DNA of 64,000 nucleotides from Mobula hypostoma (taxonomy: Eukaryota): NCBI RefSeq assembly GCF_963921235.1, contig NC_086108.1:8184001-8248000 (forward strand), written 5' to 3'. Positions 25,820 to 38,985 of this stretch are shown here, piece by piece (within the stretch, counting starts at the first letter, position 1; every line of letters starts with the position of its first letter). The notes below the pieces were generated by a model. It made no database searches and had not been told where the DNA came from. It worked only from the letters and a program-made list of their open reading frames with translations. The translations under genes and the position numbers were made by a program.

Positions 25820-26192
25820 GAGGGGGAGGGGGGAGGGGGAGAGGGGGAGAGAGAGGGGGGAGAGGGGGAGAGGGAGGGAGAGGGGGAGGGGGAGGGAGAG
25901 AGGAGGAGGGAAGGGGGAGGGGGAGGGGTGAGGGAGGGGGAGAGGGAGAGGGAGGGAGAGAGGAGGAGGGAAGGGGGAGGGGGAGGGGTGAGAGAGGGGG
26001 AGAGGAGGAGGGAAGGGGAGGGAGGGGGTGGAAGGAGAGAGAGGAAGAAGGAGAGGGGTTGAGGAAGGGAGAAGGGGAAGGAGAGAGTGAAGGGGAAAGG
26101 AGAGAGGGGGAGGGGGTAGGGAGGGGGAAGGGAGAGGGAGAGGGGGAGAGGGGGAGGGGAAGGGGGAGGGAGAGGAGACAGGAAAGAGGAGA
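25820..26192. repeat. Polypurine G/A tract
   Basis: Direct inspection. Confidence 0.95.
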
Positions 26193-26382
26193 GATCATAC
26201 ACATTTGATCATCCCAACCTTCAGAATTCCCTGTTCAGTTTCTCCATCTTCCCCTCCCCAGACACAGTTCTAGCTCCCGGTAATCACTGAGAGCTTCTGG
26301 GCGCCACAGTAATGGAGGGTGCTGTCTGGTTGTGGGAGGGGCTTTAACATGAGGGGAGAGCTGAAAATATCTGTCTACTCAC

Positions 26383-26449
26383 TCGTTCCACAAAGCATTC
26401 CGCCACCCCAATGGGGTCCTTGCAACCCTCCAGGTCTTCCAGCAGCTCA
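26383..26449 (-). CDS. PLEKHG2: PLEKHG-family RhoGEF exon, DH domain (S-ELLEDLEGCKDPIGVAECFVER)
   Basis: tcttcttacag|T acceptor, CGA|gtgagt donor; 67 nt, phase 2 to 0. Confidence 0.93.
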
Positions 26450-26733
26450 CTGTAAGAAGAAATAACTCTGTTAGAGTGTGTGGGCAAAGGAGAATCACAA
26501 TCAGGATTAATATCACTGGCATCAGGCGCGTCATGAAATTTGCTATTTTGTGGCAGCAGTACAATGCAATACATGACATGCACTATCCATTATAGTTAGA
26601 AACACAGATACTTTGTGTGTGCGTGTGTCTATGTATACATGTACATTTATCATTCGTTCATTTTGTGCCATGTCGTATGACATGGGTGATCACAGCCATT
26701 CCATGACCATGATTGCCCTTGGCAAGTCTTTCT

Positions 26734-27329
26734 AGTCATACTTTATTGATCCCGGGGGAAATTGAATTTTCGTTACAGATGCTCCATAAATAATAAATAG
26801 TTATAAAACCATAAATAGTTAAATAGTAATATGTAAATTATGCCAGGAAATAAGTCCAGGACCAGCCTATTGGCTCAGGGTGTCTGACCCTCCAAGGGAG
26901 GAGTTGTAAAGTTTGATGGCCACAGGCAGGAATGACTTCCTATGACGCCCTGTGTTGCATCTCGGTGGAATGAGTCTCTGGCTGAATGTACTCCTGTGCC
27001 CAGCCAGTACATTATGTAGTGGATGGGAGACATTGTCCAAAATGGCATGCAACTTGGACAGCATCCTCTTTTCAGACACCACCGTGAGAGAGTCCAGTTC
27101 CATCCCCACAACATCACTGGCCTTACGAATGAGTTTGTTGATCCTGTTGGTGTCTGCTACCCTCAGCCTGCTGCCCCAGCACACAACAGCAAACATGATA
27201 GCACTGGCCACCACAGACTCGTAGAACATCCTCAGCATCATCCGACAGATGTTAAAGGACCTCAGTCTCCTCAGGAAATAGAGATGGCTCTGACCCTTCT
27301 TGTAGACAGCCTCAGTGGTGGTTACAGGC
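26734..27329 (-). mobile_element. Rex1/Babar-like LINE, 5'-truncated, apparently young
   Basis: Uninterrupted ORF ...KKGQSHLYFLRRLRSFNIC...FYESVVASAIMFAVVCWG...RHRKSFLPVAIKLYN; inserted into another short repeat. Confidence 0.85.
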
Positions 27330-28194
27330 CTACAGAAGTGGTTTGCCATTGCCGAAGGGTTTTGGCCTGAATTGTCAACTGTGCTTTTTTCCCTGAAACT
27401 ATCTGGCCTGCTGAGTTCCTCCAGCATTTTGTGTGTGTTGCACAGAATACTCCAAGTTAGGCCTCACCAATGTCATCCCAACTCTTGTATTCAATATATT
27501 GATTTACAAAGGCCAGTGTGCCAAAAGCTTTCTTTATGACTCTACCTAACTGTGATACCACTTTCAAAGAATCATCAATCTATATTCCCAAATCCCTTTG
27601 TTCTACCGTAATCTATTGTTCACCATGTAAGACCTACCCTGGTTGGTCCTACACCTCGCACGTGTCTGCATTCAATTCCATCTGCCATTGTTCAGCTGCT
27701 ATTTCCAGCTGGTCCAGATCCCACTGCAATCTCTGACAGTCTTTCTTACTCTGTGCTAAACTCCAAATATGGCCTCACCAAAGGGTTTGGATGTGGACTT
27801 GAGGAACTGTGATCTTCGGGCCTAAAGAACCACAGATTGGGGAGTGTCATAGAGTAGAGTCATAGAAAAGTACAGCACAGAAACTGGCCCTAGGCCAAAC
27901 ACTTTTAACTGCCTACTCCTATTGACCTGTACCAGGATCATAACACTCCATACCGTTACTATCCATGTACCTATTCAAACTTCTCTTAAACATTGAAATC
28001 GAGCTTGGGATTAAAGACAGTACAGGCCTGATGGGCTGAAGGGTCTCCTCCCCTGCCGGAATGAACTTGGCTTTACCTGTAATTGTCACCCTCATGCAAT
28101 ATTCTAAGTTGCTTCAAAAGAGCTGACCATGGGCCAGGTCTTAACTCTGTAACTAGGAGAGAGCCAGGACGCTCTGTGGTTGAAAGAAGGTGGA

Positions 28195-29075
28195 CACAAA
28201 ATAATCTGCAGATGCTGGGGTCAAAGCAACACTCACAACACGCTGGAGGAACTCCGCAGGTCGGGCAGCATCCATGGAAACGATGAGTCAATGTTTCGGG
28301 CCGGAACCCTTAGTCAGGACAGTCAAGGTGGAAGCTGATCTCAGGAAGTGCGAGGTGGCGGGGGGGGGGGCGGGAGTGGATGGGGCTCTACCTGACTAAT
28401 GACAGCAGCCCCTGAAACCAGACCACTTGACCTCCAACATCAGGCCGCACAGCTTGGCTGCTTCAACGGAGGATTGCTCTTACTCCAGGAAGACTCACGG
28501 TATCCTGGCATCCTGTGCCTGAACCTCCAGGGAAAACGTATCCTTGCAGAGAAGCTAGGAGCCCCAGGAATGCTGAACTGTGATTCGGGAGCCATTGCAA
28601 CGGGATTGTTGGAATGGAAGTGCCCGAAGCAGGTATCAGGACTGGAAAGGAAGGGTAGGAAGGTGGGGGAAGAGGGACGAGGACTAGAAGGCAGGTATAA
28701 GGGTTGAAGAAAGAGGAATCTGAGAGAAGAGGAGAGTAGACCGTGAGAGAAAGGGAAGGAGGAGCTCCAGGGGAAGGTGATGGGCAGGTGAGGAGATAAG
28801 AAGGGGTGAAAGGAGAACCAGAAAGGGGGATGGAAGCAGAGAGAATAGTGAGAGAGTGGAATTGCCAGAAGTTAGAGAAACTGGTGTTCATGCTGTCAGG
28901 TTGGAGACTACCCAGATGGAACATGAGCTGTTGCTCCTCCCACCTGAGAATGACCTCTTTGTGGCATTAGAGGAGGCCGTGGACCAACACGTCGGAACAG
29001 GAATGAAAACAGGGTGGCCAGCACCAGGAAATCCTGCCTGTTGCAGCAGACGGGTGAAGCGGTTCCCCAACCTGT
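28195..29075 (-). mobile_element. Penelope-like element fragments (split by non-repeat sequence at ~28325-28625)
   Basis: Pseudo-LTR with ctgtc-ctgacta-agggttccggccc-gaaa (28285-28322); FHLGSLQPDSMN C-terminal motif. Confidence 0.7.
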
Positions 29076-30494
29076 GTCAGCTCCGAAAGAAGGCTAAGGA
29101 GGCAAAGGAGGCTGAGTTTGTCACAAGTTTTGACAGATGTACTGTGGAAAGTATTCCAGCTGGTTGCATTATGGCCTGCCACGGCAGGATCATACGAAGC
29201 CGCAGAGAGCAATGGATTCAGACCAATACATCACCAGCACATCTCTCTGCACCATTTACATAGCTACTGCCTCAAGAAGGCAACTTCCATCATTAAAGAG
29301 CCCCACCACTCAGGCCAGGCCATCTTCTCACAGCTACCATTAGGCAGGAGGTACAGAAGCCTGAAGTCCCACCCTACCAGGTTCAGGAACAGCTGCATTC
29401 CTTCAACCATTCAGTTATTGAACCAACTGGCACAACCCTAATCACCTCCTCAGTATAGCAACACTGTGACCACGTTACAGTGAACCTTTTATGTTCTAAT
29501 CATGATGTTCCTGTACAATTTTATATATGCTTTTCATGTGAATGTTGCTTATCTGATGCCATGGGCCTGTGATTCTGCAGCAAGTAAGCCTTTCACTGTA
29601 TCTGTGCACACATGTATTGTACCTCCTTGCACAACTGAAGTCAGGTGACAGCTTATTGGTGGTTCATAAAGCAGGAAATACAACTAAATAACACTTCTGT
29701 GGAAATTTATGGTAAATGATCACCGCAAACAGGGAAGAGGCGAGCAAAGGCGAGGCTGACTCCAGGGCTGAGGCATGCAGGTGCAAGACGGACTCGGAAC
29801 AAGGTCGAGGCATGTTCAAGAAGAAGTGGTCGGAGCAAAGTCAAAGTGGAGTTGGGGTGCGCGAAACAGAGAAAAGTTGAAGCCTAGGAGTTTCTTGTTT
29901 TGCGGCTACCTGTGAGGAGACAGATGTCAAGGTTGTACAATTTATACATACTTTGATAATAAATGTACTTCGAACTTTGAGCAGATGACAATAAACTCCA
30001 CTTTGACACCAGGACCTCTGATGACCTGATATCACTGTAATACTGCTTCACACTAAAGATGTGAGAAATCCTATCACATAGTTTGAAGTTCAAAGTTAAA
30101 AGTAAGTTTGTTATCAAAGTACGTACTGTATATGTCACCATATACAACCCTGAGATTCATTTTCTTGCAGGCATTCAAAGTAAATACAAAGAAACAACAA
30201 AATAAATAAACCAATAATATCAGAGGATAGTTGGTTAACACAAAAAATGATCAAAAATACATAATAAAAGACCAACAAGTTCAAGACGATAAATGTAGAA
30301 ATTGCTGAGAAAAACCAGAAAAATCTAGCCCATTACAGGATCCTGCAACAGTTTAACTCAATCTGATTACCTACACAGGCAAAATCAAGTGGCAAACATC
30401 ATTCACCAAAATCTTACTTTAAAATACAAACTTATAAATGAAATCACACCTAACCATAAATACAAGCCTGATCCAGTTTTACCACACATTACAA

Positions 30495-31376
30495 CACCTG
30501 TAAAAAGTATTCACACTTCCCCCCCCTTGGAAGTTTTCATGTTTTATTGTTTTACAACATTGAATCACAGTGGATTTAATTTAACTTTTTTGACACTGAT
30601 CAACAGAAAAGTGAAAGTGAAAACAGATCTCTACAAAGTGATCTAAATTAATTAGTATTCACCCCCTTTAATATGACACACCAAATGGTCACGTGTAGCC
30701 AATTGATTTTAGAAATCACATAATTAGTTAAATGCCGATCACTTGTGTGCAGTCAAGGTGTTTCAATTGACTGTAGTAAAAATACACCTGTATCTGGAAG
30801 GTCCAACTACTGGTGAGTCAGTATCCTGGCAAAAACTACACCATGAAGACAAAAGAACACTTCAAGCAACCATGCAAAAAGGTTTTTGAAAAGCACAAGT
30901 CAGGAGAATTTTCAAGTCTCTGAATATTCCTTTAAGTATAGTTAAGTCAATCGTCAAGAAATGGAAAGTATATGGCACAGCTGTAAATCTGCCTAGAGCA
31001 GGCTGTCCTCAAAAACTAAGTGACCTTGTAAGAAGGGGACTAGTGAGGGAGACCACCAAGAGACCTATGACACCTCTGGAGGAGTTACAAAGTTCAGTTG
31101 CTGAGCTGGGAGAGACTGCACATACAACAACTGTTGCCCGGGTGCTTCACCAGTCACAGCTTTATAGAAGAGTAGCAAAGAGAAGGCCACTGTTAAAAAA
31201 AAAACACATGAAATCTCAGCTAGAGTTTGTCAGAAGGTATGTGGGAGACTCTGAAGTCAGATGGAAGAAGGTTCTATGGTTTGATGAAACCAAAATTGAG
31301 CTTTTTGGCCATCAGACTAAACACTATGTTTGGCATAAGCCAAACACCACACATCATCAAACACACACCATCCCTG
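30495..31376 (+). mobile_element. Tc1-family transposon, left TIR + 5' part of transposase, truncated
   Basis: Long TIR (aaaagtattca...ggaagttttcatgttttattg); ATG 30843 MKTKEH; ...LYRRVAKRRPLLKKKH...WKKVLWFDETKIELFG. Confidence 0.9.
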
Positions 31377-31831
31377 ATGATGATAGAGGGGTGATAATCT
31401 TCCTGAATCTGGTGGTATGAATACTGAGGCTTCAAAGATTCAAAGAACAATTATTATCAAAGTATGCATGCAGTATACAAACTTGAGATTCGTCTTCTCC
31501 ACAGACAGCCACGAAATAAAGAAACACCATGGAACCCATTCAAAGAAAACATCAAACACCCATCGCGCAAAAAAAGAGCACATTGCATGTGCACAGGAAA
31601 CTGCAGAGTCGATTAAACAGCGTAGGAATGTTCAGATCAACTTAGTGCTGTGTCGTGTGCTGACTACAGACCACAGAGTCACTTTGCTCCAGCATTCACA
31701 CTAAGTACATAGAAACAACAAAATAAAACAAAATAGTAATAATAAATAAATAAATAAGCAATAAATATCAAGAACATGAGATGAAGAGTCCTTGAAAGTG
31801 AGTCCATGGTTGTGGGAACAGTTCAGTGATG

Positions 31832-32490
31832 GGGTGGGTGAAGTTATCCCTTTGGTTCAGGAACCTGATGGTTGAGGGTAATAACTGTTCCTGAACCTGG
31901 TGGTGTGGGACCTGAGGCTCATTGTGGTGGGTGAAGTTATCCACACTGGTTCAGGAGCCTGATGGTTGTGGGGTAATAACTGTTCCTGAACCTGGTGGTG
32001 TGGGACCTGAGGCTCATTGTGGTGAGTGAAGTTATCCACACTGGTCCAGGAGCCTGATGGTTGTGGGGTAATAACTGTTCCTGAACCTGGTGGTGTGGGA
32101 CCTGAGGCTCATTGTGGTGAGTGAAGTTATCCACACTGGTTCAGGAGCCTGATGGTTGTGGAGTAATAACTGTTCCTGAACCTGGTGGTGTGGGACCTGA
32201 GGCTCATTGTGGTGAGTGAAGTTATCCACACTGGTTCAGGAGCCTGATGGTTGTGGGGTAATAACTGTTCCTGAACCTGGTAGTGTGGGACCTGAGGCTC
32301 ATTGTGGTGAGTGAAGTTATCCACACTGGTTCAGGAGCCTGATGGTTGTGGGGTAATAACTGTTCCTGAACCTGGTGGTGTGGGACCTGAGGCTCATTGT
32401 GGTGAGTGAAGTTATCCACACTGGTTCAGGAGCCTGATGGTTGTGGGGTAATAACTGTTCCTGAACCTGGTGGTGCGAGTCCTGAGGCTC
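31832..32490. repeat. 95-bp tandem repeat (~6.7 units) inside a LINE 3' end
   Basis: gaagttatcc at 31840, 31933, 32028, 32123, 32218, 32313, 32408. Confidence 0.97.
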
Positions 32491-32769
32491 TCCTACCTTC
32501 TTCTTGATGGCAGCAGTGAGAAGAGAGCATGTCCTGGATGGTGGGGGTCTCTGATGATGGAGCAGTTACAACTACGTACTGTCCTGCTAACAATATCTGA
32601 CCCTCACCCTAACGGTAACACATTACATGGTGCAGGGGCTCTCTGTGCACAAATTACTGCCTAATTTTTATGTGCAACACTGACTAGAGTCCTGGGATGA
32701 AATACTCAGAAGTAGTTCAGTATTCTCTTCCCTTTTCCACTTAAGGGCTCTGAGCTAGACTGAGTTCTA

Positions 32770-33570
32770 TCAGCTGGTTGAGTAGTGTCTCAGCAACAAC
32801 CTGGCACTCATTGTCAGTAAGACCAAAGAGCTGATTGTGGGCTTCAGAAAGGGTAAGACAAGGAAACACACACCAGTCCTCATCAAGGGATCAGAAGTGG
32901 AGAGAGTGAGCAGTTTCAAGTTCCTGGCTGTCAAGATCTCTGAAGATCTATCCTGGACCCGACATACCGATGCAGCTACAAAGAAGGTACGACAATAGCT
33001 GTATCTCATTTGGAGTTTGAGGAGATTGGAATGTCACCTAAAACGCTTGCAAACTTCTTCAGACGTACCACGGTGAGATTTCTAACAGGCTGCATCACTG
33101 TCTGGTATGGAGAGGCTACTGCACAGGGTCAAAATAAGGTGTGGAGTTGTAAAATTAGTCAGTTCCATCATGGGCACTAGCCTCCATAGTCCCCAGGGCA
33201 TTTCAAGAAGCAGCATCTCTAAGGGGTAGCATCCATCGTTAAGGACCCTCATAACCCAGTACCTGCCCTCTTCTCATTGTTACCATGAGGAAGGAGGTAC
33301 AGGAGCCTGAAGACAGACACTCAGTGATTCAGGAACAGCTTCTTCCCCTCTGCCATCAGATTTCTGAATGGACACTGAACCCATGAACACTACCTCAATA
33401 TTTCTTTATTTCTATTTTTGCATTACTTTTAAACTATTTAATATACACATACTTACTGTAATTCATTGATTTTTTTTCTCTTTATTATCATCTATTGCAT
33501 TGTACTTCTGCCGCAAAGTTAATAAATTTCACTACATTTGCCGGTGATATTAAGGGTGATTCTGACTCTA
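32770..33570 (+). mobile_element. Rex1/Babar-like LINE, degenerate RT C-terminus and 3' UTR
   Basis: NNLALIVSKTKELIVGFRKG...EVERVSSFKFL; downstream FRNSFFPSAIRFLN. Confidence 0.8.
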
Positions 33571-33914
33571 TGCTCAGTCTATGTGTATCACAGTTATTTG
33601 GACATTGTGCTTTCAAGGATTGCTTTGATATTTATATTTAGAGTGTTTTTTATTGTGTTCTTTATGCTTATTGTGTATTTTCATGCTGTATCGGATCTGG
33701 AGAAACAGACACTTTTTGTCGGTGTACTGAAGAATAACAAAAACAATCTTGAATCTTGAAAAAGGGATGTGTTGGGAAAGTGCACAGGGAACAGATTCAG
33801 CCCTGGTGTTATTGAGGGGCTGGGGAGGATCAAGGGGCAGATTACTCTCCGGTTTATGTCCCTAATGGTATGGTAGTGTAGCAGTGTGCGTAATGCTCTA
33901 CAGCACCGGCTGTA

Positions 33915-34410
33915 AGGTGAAGTCAGGTGGGTGGAGAGGAAGGAATGGGATGGAAGAGGAGAGTGGACCACAGGAGAAGGGGAAGGAGGAGGAGACCCAG
34001 GGGGAAGTAACAGGCAGGTGAGAACAGGTAAAAGGTCAGCATGCGGAATAGAGGAAGTGGGAGGGTAAACTGATATTCATGCTATCAGGTTGGAGGCTAC
34101 CCAGATGGAAAATAAGGTGTTGCTCCTTCACCCTGATGATAGACTCACCCTGGCACAAGAGGAGGCCACGGACCAACGTGTCAGAACAAGAACGGGAATT
34201 GGAATTAAAATGCTTGGCCATCGGGAGGTTCCACGTGTGGCAGGTGGAGCAGAGGTGCTTGACGAAGTGGTCCCCCAATTTACGATGAGTCTCACTAATG
34301 TAGACCAGACTGCATTGGAAGCATAACTGCCCAGCAGTTTCACCTGGAAGGACTGTTTGGGGTCCTGAATGGAGGTTAGGGAGGAGGTGAATGGGCAGGT
34401 GGAGCACTTA
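33915..34410 (-). mobile_element. Penelope-like element, GIY-YIG fragment
   Basis: CFQCSLVYISETHRKLGDHFVKHL...MAKHFNS...EQHLIFHLGSLQPDSMN. Confidence 0.8.
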
Positions 34411-34940
34411 GGGATAAGAAAGGATGTGTTGAAGTTGGAGATGATCCTGAGGACATTCACGAGAATAATCCCAGGAATGAAAGGGTTAATGTATCAGGAG
34501 TGTTTGGTGGCTCTGGGCCTGTACTTGCTGGCATTTAGAAGAATGGTGGGGGGGGGGGGTGTTCTCATTTAACCTATTGAATATCGAAAGGCCTGGATAC
34601 AGTGGATGATGAGAAATGTTTCCAATGGTGGAGGAGTCTAGGACCAGAGGGCACAGCCTCAGAATACAGGATGTCTCTTTAGAACAGAGATGAGGAGGAA
34701 CTTCTTTAGCCAGAGGGTGGTGAATCTGTGGAATTCATTGCCACAGATTGCTGTGGAGGATAAGTCATTGTGTATATTTAAAGCGGAGGTTGATATGTTC
34801 TTGATTAATCAGGGTGTCAAAGGTTACGGGGAGAAGGCAGGAAGATGGAGTTGAGAGGGACAATAAATAAGCCACAATGGAATGGTGAAGTAGACTTGAT
34901 GGGCTGAATGGCCTAATTCTGCTCTTACGTCTCATGGTCT
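34410..34940 (+). mobile_element. CR1 LINE 3' end
   Basis: RKDVLKLE..RTFTRIIPGMKGL; tail tggcctaattctgctctt. Confidence 0.85.
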
Positions 34941-34964
34941 TCTGCTCTCTGCAGCACCACCAGC

Positions 34965-36484
34965 TGAAAGGTGGATGTCACCTGGGCCAGATGGACTACA
35001 TCCCAGAGTCCTGAGAGAGGTTGCTGAAGAGATAATGGATGCATTGGTCACAATCTTTCAAGAATCACTTGATTCTGGCATGGTCTCAGAGGGCTGGTAA
35101 ATTACAAATGTCGCTCCACTCTTTAAGGAGTGAGGAAGGCAAAAGAATGGAAATTATAGGCCAGTGGTTGAGAAACTGTTGGAGTCTATTATTAAGGATG
35201 AGGTTTCAAGGTATTTGGAGACTAATGATAAAGTAAGTCAAAGTCAGCATGGCTTCAGTAAAGGGAAAATCTTACCTGACTAATCTGTTAGAGTTCTTCA
35301 AGGAAGTAACAAGCAGTGTGGACAAAGGGGAGGTGATGGATGTCATTTACTTGGATTTTCAGAAGGCTTTTGATAAGGTGCCACACATGAGGCTGCTTAA
35401 CAAGATAAAATCCCATGGAATTGCAGGAAAGATATCGGCATGGATAGAGGAACGGCTGACATGCAGGAGGCAGTGAATAGGAATAAAGGGGACCTTTTCT
35501 GGTTGGCTGCCAGTGACTAGTGGTCAGTATTGGGACTGCTACTTTTCATATTGTTTGTCAATGATTTGGATAATGGAATTGATGGCTTTGTGGCAAAATG
35601 TGCGGACAATACGAAGATAGGTGGAGGGGTAGGTAGTGCTGAGGAAGCAATGTGATTGCAGCCGGACTTAGACAAATTGGAAAAAAGAGCAAAAAGTGGC
35701 AGAGGAATACATTGTTGGGAAATGTATGATCATACATTTTGGTAAAAGGAACAATAGTGCAGACTATTATCCAAATGGGGAGAAGGTTCAAACATCAGAG
35801 GCACAGAGGGACTTAGAATTCCCAGAAGTTTAATTTACAGGTTGAGTCTGTGGTAAAGAAGGCAAATGCAATGTTGGCATTTATTTCAAGGGGAATAAAA
35901 TATAAAAACAAGGAATTAATGCTGAAGCTTTATAAGACACTAGTAATGCTGCATTTGGAGTATTGTCAACAGTTTTGGGCCCCTTATTGCAGAAAGAATA
36001 AATTATCGTTGGAGAGTGTCCAGAAGAGGTTCACGAGGATGATTCCAGGAATGAAGGGGTTTACATATGAGGAGTGTTTGGCCGTTTTGGGCCTGAACTC
36101 ACTGGAACTTAGAAGGATGAGTGGGCATCTCATTGAAACCTACCGAATGTTGAAAGGACTAGATAGGGTGGATGTGGAGAGGATGTTTCCTATGGTCGGA
36201 GTATCCAGAACTAGAGGGCACAGCCGCAAAACTGAGGGGCAACCCTTTCGGAATATTCTTAGCCAGAGATTTAGTGAATCTGTGGAATGCTCTGCCACAG
36301 ACTGTGGTGGAGGCCAAGTCAGTGGGTATATTTAAGGTGGAAGTTAATCATTTCCTGATCGGTCAGGGCATCAAAGGACATGGCGAGAAGGCAGGTGTGT
36401 GGGGTTGAGTGGGATCTGGGATCAGCCATGATGGAATGGCAGAGCAGACTCGATGGGCTAAATGGCCTAATTCTGCTCCTGTAT
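34965..36484 (+). mobile_element. CR1 LINE (RT to 3' end), degenerate
   Basis: KGKSYLTNLLEFFKEV...YLDFQKAFDKVPH; KKANAMLAFISRGI...HLEYCQQFWAPY. Confidence 0.92.
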
Positions 36485-37050
36485 CTTGTTGTGTTACAGA
36501 GTCTGGGAAGGAAACCCATTGCCCTTCCTACAGATGAGGGACTGCTGTTTTGTGACGCTCAGGGATCCTGCAGATTCCACAGTGTGTACAGTTCTCAAAT
36601 TTTATTTTTGGACCTTTTCAAAGGTTTTAGCCCAGAGGGGTTGTAAAAGAGTCCAGCTCTGTAAAAGCAGTTTAAGTCATTTCACGGGGAATTTTCCAGG
36701 AATCCTTGTCAAATTACCATCTGCCTTTAGAAGTAGCCCCTGAACTCTGGGGTGTGGGAGGCCTCAGACAACTAAAAATGAGGCTTACTGCACGGTTCTC
36801 AGACACTTTCATTCTTGTCTCCTTTTGGTCCTTTTATTGGCCTGAATGAGAGTAGCACATCATGGAAGGAGGGTAATGGGCAACATGGTGGTCCACCCCA
36901 TAGGGGAGCGTTGACTCCTCCAGCCCCAGTGACCCAGGTTCAATGCTGACAGTTCTGGCCACCCAGCTGTAGCAAGGACGTCCTTAAGCTAGAGAGGGCA
37001 TAGAAAAGACTCAAGGGGAAATTACCATGACTGAGGAGTCTGAGCTCGAT

Positions 37051-37320
37051 GGAGAGATTGGACTGGATTGGATTAGATTCTCTATGGAGAGATCGGACTG
37101 GATTGGATTAGATTCTCTACGGAGAGATTGGACTGGATTGGATTAGATTCTCTACGGAGAGATTGGACTGGATTGGATTAGATTCTCTACGGAGAGATTG
37201 GACTGGATTGGACTAGATTCTCTACGGAGAGATTGGACTGGATTGGATTAGATTCTTTACGGAGAGATTGGACTGGATTGGATTAGATTCTTTACGGAGA
37301 GATTGGACTGGATTGGATTG
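37051..37320. repeat. 35-bp tandem repeat (ggagagattggactggattggattagattctctac), ~7.7 units
   Basis: Unit starts at 37051, 37086, 37121, 37156, 37191, 37226, 37261, 37296. Confidence 0.97.
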
Positions 37321-38316
37321 GCAGGGACCGTTGTCTCTGGAGCTTTGGAGGCTGAGGTGCGATCTTAGTGATTCATAGAGGTTCAGTACTTGATCATTTC
37401 CAGTCAGTCACCCCAAGTACAGACACTCCCGTGCCTGGCGTCACAATCAATCACACAATCAATCTCTGTATATAAGCTACTGGGTGGCAGGGTGGAGACG
37501 CGTCTCTACCAAAGGGGATGTAAGGTGCTCCTTCCTTCTGCTAGCCTGCAGGTCATCCTTAGGTACGGTGTAGCAATTGTTTAGTGACCCCCATCCCTGC
37601 CCCTCCACACTCAGGGTCACGTGAAGCCATGGGAGCAGGTGGTGGATGGTCGTATGAGCAGCCGGTGCAGATCACAAGTCCTGGTTACGTGACCACTGAC
37701 ACCAGGCAGACAGTCTCTGAAGAGTATTGATAACGGCTGGGTCACCCGTCTTGTAAAGACACTACCCAGAAGAAGGCAGTGACAAACCACATCTGTAGAA
37801 AAATTTACCAAGGACAATCACGGTCCAGACCATGATCGCCTATGTCATACGACATGGCGCAGAATGAACGAACAAACCCATTGTCTGTGGGGAGTCCTGC
37901 GACCATGCCAGAGATCCCATTCATTACCAGGGCAAAGCAGCAGAGGGTGCTATTGTCAGTGCAACACCATTACAGGCCAGGAAGTTGGAGTAAAGAGTTC
38001 AATTAAACAGTTGGAGTAAAGAGTTCAATTAAACATCATCTGTAAGGAGTTTGTACACCCGCCCTGCGAACGCATGGATTTCCACCCACAGTACAAAGAT
38101 GGTAAATAGGTTGATTGATAATTGTAAACTCTCTCGTCATTAGGCTGGGGTTAAATCGTGGAAGTGGCTCGAAGGGCTGGAATGGCCTACTCTGCCCTGT
38201 ATCTCTATATAAAACTGTACACAGAGAGAGTGTGAACCAGGGTCTCTGTCCAGCAACTCGGTCCCCACCCCCCCCCCGGTCACACGGCCGTTAGTAACTC
38301 CAACCCGGACACCCAC

Positions 38317-38417
38317 CTGTTGAACTGGTAGATGTCCTCAACGTTGCAAAACAAGGTGTTTACTTCATCCGGCTGGAGGGGCAGTTCTCCGCAGTCAATG
38401 ATGCAGCCCAGGTAATC
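38317..38417 (-). CDS. PLEKHG2: PLEKHG-family RhoGEF exon, DH domain (DYLGCIIDCGELPLQPDEVNTLFCNVEDIYQFN)
   Basis: cggcag|GAT acceptor, AG|gtgggt donor; 101 nt, phase 0 to 2; continues directly from ...SIVE. Confidence 0.93.
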
Positions 38418-38539
38418 CTGCCGGCATAGAAAAACTGTGTGAGACATCCCCTCTGGCACACGCCAACTGTAACATCTCAGGTCACTGCCCACAAGTTCTC
38501 CACTCACAGAGTAACATCAGACCCTGCTGTATCTGCCCC

Positions 38540-38930
38540 AGAACTTAACTCATACCCCGGTGTACCTGTCCCCGGACTGACACCGTACCCCCATTGTACC
38601 TGTCCCCAGACTAACATTGTACCCCATTCCACCTGTCCCCAGACTAACACTGTACCCCATTCCACCGGTCCCCAGACTAACACCATACCCCATTGTACCT
38701 ATCCCAGACTAACACTGTACCCTATTGTATGTGTCCCCGGACATACAACATATCCCATTGTACCTGTCCCAGACTGACACTGTAATCTGGTGTACCTATC
38801 CCTGGGCTGACACCATACCTTATTGTACCTGTCCACAAAGTAACATCATACCCCATTGTACCTGCCCCGAGACTAACACGGTACCCCATTGTACCTGTCC
38901 CTGGACTGACACAGTAATCCGGTGTAACTC
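38540..38930. repeat. Degenerate ~33-bp tandem repeat (ctaacactgtaccccattgtacctgtccccaga)
   Basis: About 11-12 diverged units just upstream (transcript sense) of the 38417 acceptor. Confidence 0.9.
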
Positions 38931-38985
38931 TCTGTGCACTAACAACCTCCCTGGTGTATTTGTCAATGTACTCGTTAACTGCCAG

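Noticed and set aside
28499..28600. Short minus-strand ORF MAPESQFSIPG...MPGY ending at C|gtgagt, as an alternative first exon
   Set aside because: It ends in phase 1, and none of the downstream exons identified starts in phase 1.
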